Assembly: GCA_965247095.1 (NCBI GenBank)
Contig: OZ251997.1
Location: forward strand, 3,456,001-3,520,000
Length of the DNA stretch: 64,000 bases
Source: Candidatus Multivorans sp.
GTDB taxonomy: Bacteria; Acidobacteriota; Thermoanaerobaculia; Multivoradales; Multivoraceae
Direction of reading: 5' to 3'
Positions 57,004 to 64,000 of this stretch are shown here, piece by piece. Both the position numbers and the translations under genes were made by a program. The notes beneath the pieces are model-generated. The model saw nothing but the letters and a program-made list of their open reading frames with translations, had not been told where the DNA came from and did no database searches. Position 1 is the first letter of the stretch. Every line of letters begins with the position of its first letter.

Positions 57004-58914
57004 ATGCTGAGACTCCTGAGTATTTCGTTGATGATGGCTGTGATCCTGACGCCCGTGACTGGATGGGCCCAGCCAGGCGGCTCATTGTTCGAGCAGCACT
57101 GCGCGGCCTGTCATGGAAGCCCGGAGCCCGGCTCCCGAGCCCCAGATCGGGAGGCGCTGCGGCAGTTCACTCCCGAGCGGGTGCTCGAGTCGCTGACGAC
57201 CGGCGCGATGGCAGTGGAGGTGCCCGGGCTGACCGACGACGAGAGGCGTGAGGTGGCTCAGTGGGCCGCGGGCCGTGCGCTTGGGACGGCTGGTGGGGAT
57301 GCCTCATCGATGCCCAATCAGTGTCCGAGCAAACCGTTCGGCGACCCGTTCGCTGGCGCGGGGTGGAACGGCTGGAGCCCGGATGTTGGCAACTCGCGCT
57401 TCCAGCCGGCCGCGGCCGCCGGGTTGACCCCGGACCAGGTGCCGCGCCTGACGTTGAAGTGGGCGTTCGGATACCCGGGCGGGGTCAGAGCCGCCGCTGG
57501 TTCGCAAACGGTCGTGGGGGGAAGGCTCTACGCGGGATCCGACACGGGCTATGTCTACTCGTTGGATGCGGCGAGCGGCTGTGTCTACTGGTCGTTCGAG
57601 TCGCAATGGGTCGTCCGCTCCTCCGTCACCATTGGACCCGTCACGGGTGCGGGGACGGCGCGCTACGCCGCGTACTTCGGGGACGCCAGGGCGAACGTGT
57701 ATGCCGTCAATGCCGAAACCGGTGAGCTGCTGTGGACGCAACGTGCCGACACCCATCCGATCGCGCGCATCACCGCCGCCCCCAAGCTTCACGCCGGCCG
57801 GCTCTACGTGCCCGTTTCCTCACTGGAAGAATTGGCAGGCCGCCACGTCTGGTATGAGTGCTGTACGTTCCGGGGCAGCGTGGTGGCGTATGACGCGAAC
57901 ACGGGCGAGCAGATCTGGAAGAGTTATGCGATTGCCGAAGAGCCCAAGCCCACGACGAAGAACGCGCAGGGCACCCAACAGTGGGCCCCGGCCGGGGGGG
58001 CGGTCTGGAACTCGCCGGTCATCGATGCTGCTCGAGGGGCCTTGTATATCGGTAGTGGAAACGGATATACCGCGCCCGCGGCCAATGACACCGACGCCGT
58101 CATCGCCTTCGATCTCGAGACCGGGAAGCGGCTGTGGTGGCACCAGCTGACGGCCATGGATGCCTACCTCAGTAGGTGTCCCGGCCGGATAGATGTGCAA
58201 GGCCGCCCGAGGAATCCCAAGCGAGCGGATCCCCAGCGCATCGCGTACCTCAACTGCCCCGACCCCGAGAAGCTTGCCGAAAACGTCGATGTCGATGTGG
58301 AGGCGGTCATGCTTCACACGCTGCCGGACGGGCGGACGATTCTCGTCGTTGGGCAGCAAAATGGCCGGGTCTATGCGCTCGACCCTGACCGCGAACGGGC
58401 GGTGCTGTGGGAACTCTACGCGGGCGCGGACACGGAGAATCGCGCAAACATCACGTTTGGCGGCGCCACCGACGGGCGGCTAGCCTACTTCCCCCTCCTG
58501 TACCAACCGTCGGACCACCGCGGGATCACTACGCCGTCGCGGTCGAAGGGCGCCCTGGCCGCGATCCGCGTGGAGACGGGCGAGCTGGTGTGGTACACGC
58601 CGACGCCGGCGGCCAACTGTCCCGACCCCTCCCCGCAACGGTGCAGCTCTGGGCAGGACGGGGCGGCGACGGTGATCCCGGGCGTGGTCTTCGCCGGCGC
58701 GATGGACGGCATGCTTCGCGCGTACTCGACCACCGACGGCCGCATCATCTGGGAATACGACACGGCCCAGGAGTTCGAGACCGTCAATGATGTGCCGGCC
58801 AAGGGTGGCATGCTGAACGGCCCGGGGCCAACCGTCGTCGATGGCATGCTGTTCATGGGGTCGGGCTACGCGTCAGGGCCGGGCAACGTGCTGCTGGCGT
58901 TCGGACTCGAATAG
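57004..58914 (+). CDS. Quinohemoprotein, polyvinyl-alcohol dehydrogenase-like
   Basis: CAACH heme site, LKWAFG, YECCTFRGS, GGAVWNSP. Confidence 0.85.
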   Translation: MLRLLSISLMMAVILTPVTGWAQPGGSLFEQHCAACHGSPEPGSRAPDREALRQFTPERVLESLTTGAMAVEVPGLTDDERREVAQWAAGRALGTAGGDASSMPNQCPSKPFGDPFAGAGWNGWSPDVGNSRFQPAAAAGLTPDQVPRLTLKWAFGYPGGVRAAAGSQTVVGGRLYAGSDTGYVYSLDAASGCVYWSFESQWVVRSSVTIGPVTGAGTARYAAYFGDARANVYAVNAETGELLWTQRADTHPIARITAAPKLHAGRLYVPVSSLEELAGRHVWYECCTFRGSVVAYDANTGEQIWKSYAIAEEPKPTTKNAQGTQQWAPAGGAVWNSPVIDAARGALYIGSGNGYTAPAANDTDAVIAFDLETGKRLWWHQLTAMDAYLSRCPGRIDVQGRPRNPKRADPQRIAYLNCPDPEKLAENVDVDVEAVMLHTLPDGRTILVVGQQNGRVYALDPDRERAVLWELYAGADTENRANITFGGATDGRLAYFPLLYQPSDHRGITTPSRSKGALAAIRVETGELVWYTPTPAANCPDPSPQRCSSGQDGAATVIPGVVFAGAMDGMLRAYSTTDGRIIWEYDTAQEFETVNDVPAKGGMLNGPGPTVVDGMLFMGSGYASGPGNVLLAFGLE

Positions 58915-58996
58915 GGTGATGCGAGCGAGGCGCCATGCGTTGTGCAACTGATAGTGCACGCCGGAGGCGTAGCGGTGATGGCGTTCAACTCGTAGG

Positions 58997-60853
58997 CTAA
59001 GGGACGTACCAGATGGGCGACGACCAGGCACGCTCCTGGATGGTGGGAGGCAGGCCGGATTTCGGCGGCGTTCCCGCCCGGATCGCATCCCATGTCGACC
59101 AGCGACAAGTGGGATTCTGCAGCACGCGAACGTAGTAGAACGCGCGTTGCCCAGGGTCGAAGTCCGGGTCCTGCCACAACGCCTCGAGCTCTGAAGCACC
59201 CTGACCTTCAGTCGTCGCGCAGGTGCTCAGATCGACCTTGGCCCCGTTGTCGGGGCAGCGGTGGGTGTCGTCGGGGGTCGAGCCATCGGAACAGGCTGCG
59301 TCGTAGACCCGCTCCTGCTTCCCGCCGTCTGCTGTCCATCCCTTGATCACTTGCAGTCGAGCAAGGGGAGCGGCGGTCGGATCCCTGGTAGCCCACAAAA
59401 GAAAGCGCGGAGCTCGTTGCTCGCCATTGGCCATCAGGTCTCCTCCCATGGAGACGCCGTCGGCGTAGGCCTTGGTGAGGCCGTCTGATCCAGCCAGCGT
59501 CGTCTGGTCGAGGTCGTAGCCGGCGAAGAAGCGGACCCGCATGCGAGGGCCGGTGGTGGCAAAGGTCTCCTTCCGTTGGAGGGCGCGAAAGATGTCCTCT
59601 CTGGTGTTGGATTCGGCCCACACGGCGGCCAGGCCCGAGGCACCCCAGTACTGACTGGACCCGTCGTCGTACTCGCCGGTTTCGGCCCGAGGAACCGACC
59701 CTCGCTGCTCCGGCGTTATGTCCAACAGGCCGGCCTTGCTCCAGTAATCCTCTTCCCGAAACGATCCGGCTGCATTGTGGGTATCCGAGGAGCCGATGAG
59801 GCCGAAGCGAAAGGGATTGAAGCCCTGCTCCTCTTCCATGGCCAGGCCGTTCAGGTAGGCATCGCGTACGTAGCTGCCCTGGGGCTTGCTCGGAGAGTCA
59901 TTGCCGATGGTCCCTTCCATGATCCCGAAGTCAGCCCACTCGTCGTTCGGAGACAAGAGCGGATGCGTGTCAGAGGTGCCCTTGACCTGGGTTACCTCGA
60001 CCAGCGGCTCGTTTCGCATCCGCTGCTCGGCGTAGGCCTGGTCGATTGCATTGCCTTCTCTGTCGGTCAACTGGAACATCCATCCGTCTGAGCCGTTGGA
60101 GTTGTGGGGGATCGCCAGAGAGTCGATGCCCTGCTCGCGCTGCTGGTCCATCCAGTCCCACAGCTTCTCCGGGTTGTTCCTGGCGTCCAATCGACTGAAA
60201 GGAATGCTCGGCACATTCGAGCCAGGGAAGATCACGTTTCGATGTAGGTTCTCCCCACTGGGACCGCTGCCAGTGAACTCGTAGGCGATGAGGGTGGTGA
60301 AAGTGCCTGGATCGTTGTGGCGCTCAGCGGCCGCGATGATCTCCCGCCATGCGCTCCCTACGATGCCGAGATCGAGCAGGTCGTCCGGATCGACATATCC
60401 TCTCTGACGCGGCAGCACTTCTCGAAAAACGGCGCTGCGATCGTCGGGCGTTTCGGCGCTTCGGAGTGCGATCGACAGCGGATGTCGGCCAACCTCGGAA
60501 TCGGGGTTGTCCATCTGCTCGAACATGCCCAGGTAGGTGGCATGGTCGGCGACCGCGAGGAAGTCGAGCGGGGCCTCGAGGCGCATCTCGATTCCGGCTG
60601 CGTGGGTCAGCGCTTCGCCCTTGGCGTACCTGTAGGCGTCGTCCGGATCGTTGCGGGTGCCGAAGATGTAGGCGTCGAAGGAGTACTTGGTGTGGACGTG
60701 AAGGTCGCCGAAGTAGGCGTCTCGGGTCGATGATCTCTGCTCCATCGGAGCGCCCTCTTCGCTGGCTCGAGCCGGGACCTCGGTAGGTTCATCCGCACAA
60801 CCGAGAGACAGGAGAAGAAAAGCTGTCAGCCAGACACCGCTACGCGCACACAT
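58997..60853 (-). CDS. DUF3604 family lipoprotein (PHP-like metallohydrolase)
   Basis: FGDLHVHTKYSFDA, LHRNV, IPHNSNGS, GSSDTH, QERAWSSPIWY. Confidence 0.9.
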   Translation of the reverse strand: MCARSGVWLTAFLLLSLGCADEPTEVPARASEEGAPMEQRSSTRDAYFGDLHVHTKYSFDAYIFGTRNDPDDAYRYAKGEALTHAAGIEMRLEAPLDFLAVADHATYLGMFEQMDNPDSEVGRHPLSIALRSAETPDDRSAVFREVLPRQRGYVDPDDLLDLGIVGSAWREIIAAAERHNDPGTFTTLIAYEFTGSGPSGENLHRNVIFPGSNVPSIPFSRLDARNNPEKLWDWMDQQREQGIDSLAIPHNSNGSDGWMFQLTDREGNAIDQAYAEQRMRNEPLVEVTQVKGTSDTHPLLSPNDEWADFGIMEGTIGNDSPSKPQGSYVRDAYLNGLAMEEEQGFNPFRFGLIGSSDTHNAAGSFREEDYWSKAGLLDITPEQRGSVPRAETGEYDDGSSQYWGASGLAAVWAESNTREDIFRALQRKETFATTGPRMRVRFFAGYDLDQTTLAGSDGLTKAYADGVSMGGDLMANGEQRAPRFLLWATRDPTAAPLARLQVIKGWTADGGKQERVYDAACSDGSTPDDTHRCPDNGAKVDLSTCATTEGQGASELEALWQDPDFDPGQRAFYYVRVLQNPTCRWSTWDAIRAGTPPKSGLPPTIQERAWSSPIWYVP

Positions 60854-60939
60854 AGTCTTCTCGTTTCTCTTCGGTTCTATGACCGGAGTGGATGCGATCT
60901 GTTCTCGGAGCCCCCATCCTAACGCGGTCTGCACGCTAC

Positions 60940-62215
60940 CAGTGCTGTCCCACAAACGGGGAGGAAGGATGGGTCTGAACCGTGCCTTGTCGCATGATTG
61001 GTGTTCAAGCAAAGCCAATGACGGCAAGGAGATCCAGACCCATGGCGCACAATAGTACCGTACTTGGCCAGTTCCTCAAGCTGGTGTCGAGACATGAGTT
61101 CGAGCGGGAGGCCCGGCGGCATCACAGGGGACGCAAGCTGCGCTCGATGAGCCGCTGGGGCCAGTTCGTAGCGATGGCGATGGCGCAGCTTTCCGGGCGG
61201 CGCAGTCTGCGAGACATCGTGTCGAACCTGGATGCGCAGGCTCACAAGCTGTACCATCTCGGCGTTGGCCGGGTAGCCCGATCTTCGCTGGCGCGGGTGA
61301 ACAGAGAGCAGCCTCACGAACTGTACGAGGCGCTGTTCGGTCGCCTTCTGAGCCGTTGTCAGGCGGCGGCGCCGGGGCATGGGTTCCGTTTCCGGAACAA
61401 GCTGTTGTCGCTCGACGCCACGTACGTGGACCTGTGCCTGAAGGTGTTTCCCTGGGCGCGGTACCGCAAGACCAAGGGTGCGTTGAAGCTGCACGTGGGT
61501 CTCGACCACGAGGGCTGTCTGCCGTCGTTCCTGCACGTCACCGACGGCAAGGGCTCGGACCTCGAGGTGGCCCGGTCGCTTCGTCTTCCGAAGGGGAGCA
61601 TCGTGGCGGCGGACCGTCTGTACCTCGACTTCGGATGGCTAAAGGACCTTGATGCACAAGGGGTTTTCCTGGTCACCCGCCTGAAGCGCAAGGTCAAGTA
61701 CGCGGTTCGGGAGCGGCGCTCGTTCGCTCGCGGCCGGGGCGTGACGTCGGACCAGACCATCGAGCTGACCAGCGTCAAGGGGCGCAAGCGGTGCCCGATT
61801 CCGTTGCGTCGGGTCGGCTATCGCGACCCGGAGACGGGCCGGCACTACAAGTTCCTGACCAACAACTTCAGCCTCGCCCCGAAGACCATCGCGGACATCT
61901 ACAAGGCGCGCTGGCAGGTCGAGCTCTTCTTCAAGTGGATCAAACAGAACCTGCGCATCAAGAGTTTCGTCGGCGCCTCGCCCAACGCGGTCATGACGCA
62001 GATCTGGATCGCCGTGTGCGTCCATCTCCTGCTCGCCTACCTGAAGTTCGTCAACAAGATGTCCTGGAGCATGAGCCGGATCCTGCGCCTTCTGCAACTC
62101 AACCTGTTCGACCGAAGATCGCTGCTGGACCTCTTCGAACCTCCGAGCGGACCACCCGACCCGAACAACACGCGAACTCAACTCGCTCTACTCTGAAGTT
62201 TGTGGGACAGCAATG
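60940..62215 (+). mobile_element. IS4-family insertion sequence, 1276 bp
   Basis: Terminal IRs CAGTGCTGTCCCACAAAC / GTTTGTGGGACAGCAATG (17/18); no flanking direct repeat visible. Confidence 0.9.
61042..62196 (+). CDS. IS4-family DDE transposase with DUF4372 N-terminus
   Basis: LDAT, KLH, ADRLY, YKARWQVELFFKWIKQ. Confidence 0.93.
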   Translation: MAHNSTVLGQFLKLVSRHEFEREARRHHRGRKLRSMSRWGQFVAMAMAQLSGRRSLRDIVSNLDAQAHKLYHLGVGRVARSSLARVNREQPHELYEALFGRLLSRCQAAAPGHGFRFRNKLLSLDATYVDLCLKVFPWARYRKTKGALKLHVGLDHEGCLPSFLHVTDGKGSDLEVARSLRLPKGSIVAADRLYLDFGWLKDLDAQGVFLVTRLKRKVKYAVRERRSFARGRGVTSDQTIELTSVKGRKRCPIPLRRVGYRDPETGRHYKFLTNNFSLAPKTIADIYKARWQVELFFKWIKQNLRIKSFVGASPNAVMTQIWIAVCVHLLLAYLKFVNKMSWSMSRILRLLQLNLFDRRSLLDLFEPPSGPPDPNNTRTQLALL

Positions 62216-62625
62216 ACGAAAACTGGGCTGTTGCCTCGGGCCCGCAGCAAGAGCGCCTCGTCGTGGAACTTGCACCATCCTTCGACCATGGATCCTCCCT
62301 TGGAAGGGAGTTGGGCGACAGACTGCGGAGAATCCGACTAGAGGAGGATCAAGTGGGTGACTACGTCGGCCGAGGGCGAGGTGGTGTCTACTGGTCGGAG
62401 GAAGACACCCATGCTCCGAGCCCGTTGGAGCTCTTCCGGCGTGCCGCGGTCCTGGAACCTGCTATCGTCCTACCTGCGTTGAAGCGTCTTGAATCCGTTG
62501 GCGCAGAGACCTTGCGGGAACTGGTCGCAAGAGTCCCGGAGGACTGGATGAGCGGGCCGGCAAGGGACTTCGCGAGCGGGCTGATGGAGCATAGTATCGA
62601 GGAGCTCCGGAGGATCGACGTATGA
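62216..62625 (+). pseudogene. HipA-like kinase C-terminal remnant, cut by the IS at the catalytic loop
   Basis: (D)ENWAV...LAPSFDHGSSLGREL directly after the IS end. Confidence 0.75.
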
Positions 62626-63401
62626 GCGAAAGAACACTGTTCATCGCGTGGCAGGACAAAGAGACGAGCAGGGAGTGGTTTCCGGTAGGACGACTCGATG
62701 CGGATGTCCAACGCTCCAGGTATCGGTTCCGGTACACGGCCGGCGCTGAGCGCGCGAAGAGGGAACGGGGATTCCCGTTGATCACGGAATTCCCTAACCT
62801 GACCGAGGACTACGAAGCTGACAGGCTTTGGGCGCTGTTCAAGAACCGGGTGCTGACGCCACGCCGGCCGGACTTCGAGTCTTATATTCGAAACTTGGGA
62901 TTTGCCGAGAGCACCGTGGATCCCATCGAGATTCTCTCCGTCAACGGCGGACGCCGCGCGACAGATTCTTATGAAGTGTTTCCGAAGATCGACAAGAGAC
63001 CGGACGACTCCTTTTCTTGTCGGTTCTTCCTTCATGGTTGGCGCTATGTGTCAGGCGCCGCGGAGGAACGTCTCGAGTCTCTCAAGCCCGGCGAGAGACT
63101 GACCATTGCCTTGGAACTGACCAACCCCGTCACCGGGATCGCCGTGCAAGTGCAGACCAGCGACTATCTGGTGTTGGGTTGGGCGCCGCGATACCTGGTT
63201 CTCGACCTGACGTCAGCGGTTGCGGAAGCTCCTAGCGAGTACCGCGCGAGTGTCGTGCGCGTGAACCCCCAACCGGCCCCTTCGAGGCAACGTGTGTTGA
63301 TCGAAATGGCCGGGAAGTGGCGGAACCATGAGCCGATGACCGCTCCAGACTTCCTGCCACTAGTGGCTGACGGGGCTGAGTTGGTGGCCGTAGGCGAGTA
63401 G
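62622..63401 (+). CDS. HipS-like/HIRAN domain protein
   Basis: LFIAWQD, WFPVGRL, FKNRV...RPDF, ATDSYEVFP, FFLHGWRY, LGWAPRYL; ATGA overlap with kinase remnant. Confidence 0.8.
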   Translation: MSERTLFIAWQDKETSREWFPVGRLDADVQRSRYRFRYTAGAERAKRERGFPLITEFPNLTEDYEADRLWALFKNRVLTPRRPDFESYIRNLGFAESTVDPIEILSVNGGRRATDSYEVFPKIDKRPDDSFSCRFFLHGWRYVSGAAEERLESLKPGERLTIALELTNPVTGIAVQVQTSDYLVLGWAPRYLVLDLTSAVAEAPSEYRASVVRVNPQPAPSRQRVLIEMAGKWRNHEPMTAPDFLPLVADGAELVAVGE

Positions 63402-63512
63402 GTTTGCGACGCCGGCCTGTGGTCGGCGTACCCAGTGCCGATCGCCTCCCCGGATAGGCTCTCTTCGACCCGTTCCCGCGCCGCCACGTCCCCACCGCAG
63501 GAGACCTTTCCC

Positions 63513-63848
63513 ATGACCGACACCGCCGCCGCCGTCAGCGACATCTTCGCGCAGATGCCCAGCCGTCTCGACCCGGAAGCCGCCGCCGGTCTCGACGCCG
63601 TGATCCAGTTCGACCTCTCGGGCGAAGGCGGCGGCGTCTGGCACTGCGCGATCAAGGACGGCGCCTGCACCGCCGGCGAGGGCGCCCACGAGGCGCCGAC
63701 GATGACCGTGTCGATGGAAGCGGCCGACTACGTCGAGCTCACCGCCGGCAGCCTGGACGGCATGACGGCGTTCATGAGCGGCCGCCTGCGCATCGCCGGC
63801 GACATGGGTCTGGCGATGCAGATGCAGAACCTCTTCCGGATGGGTTGA
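63513..63848 (+). CDS. SCP2 sterol-binding domain protein
   Basis: IQFDLSGEGGG, AFMSGRLRIAGDMGLAM. Confidence 0.9.
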   Translation: MTDTAAAVSDIFAQMPSRLDPEAAAGLDAVIQFDLSGEGGGVWHCAIKDGACTAGEGAHEAPTMTVSMEAADYVELTAGSLDGMTAFMSGRLRIAGDMGLAMQMQNLFRMG

Positions 63849-63892
63849 CGCGGCGGCGGCACTACGGACAGCCCGGCGAAGGTTGGACTACC

Positions 63893-64000
63893 TCAGTCGC
63901 CGAACAAGTCCCGAAGCCACTTGGCGAAGTCACCCGCGAGCGGGACATCGTCCGCGTTCAGCGCTCCCGCGCTGACGGCGAGACCCATGCGTCCAGGCGT
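63893..64000 (-). CDS. Possible 3' end of a gene running off the window
   Basis: Open frame ...DFAKWLRDLFGD-stop; too short to assign. Confidence 0.3.
   Translation of the reverse strand, partial: TPGRMGLAVSAGALNADDVPLAGDFAKWLRDLFGD

Noticed and set aside
1-64000. Many long antisense or alternative-frame ORFs (e.g. 9630-11897 +, 31014-33077 -, 28795-30564 +)
   Set aside because: Shadows of real genes typical of high-GC DNA; no motifs, except where noted as remnants

Overview
High-GC (about two-thirds G+C by eye) bacterial window; the gene content (PQQ dehydrogenases, TonB receptor, sulfatase, NHL and ankyrin proteins, many TA genes) resembles marine or sponge-associated Acidobacteria-like genomes, but that is inference only. 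Main parts: (1) an acyl-CoA catabolic cluster (CitE-like lyase, CaiB, two MaoC, hydrolase, acyl-CoA dehydrogenase, MmgE/PrpD) interrupted by a ~12.5 kb defence island (6.7-19.2 kb). The island holds a TIGR04255-led three-gene module ending in an ART-like ORF, a type I R-M operon whose HsdR is fused to a C-terminal Schlafen/AlbA_2 domain with AbiE and inverted HicAB modules embedded, and a cluster of toxin-less antitoxins. (2) Catabolic and periplasmic genes: GabD, TauD/aminotransferase/kinase, four PQQ enzymes, sulfatase, TonB receptor, tannase, two ~93% identical Fe-ADH paralogues, DUF3604. (3) A B12 mutase operon with a strongly rewired active site. (4) An IS4 element truncating a HipA-like kinase/HIRAN pair. 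Many intergenic spaces are patchworks of abruptly cut gene fragments, often from toxin or defence genes, and a 60-bp double-hairpin repeat marks two such boundaries. No rRNA, tRNA or CRISPR array was recognised. All family calls come from motif recognition, not database searches.
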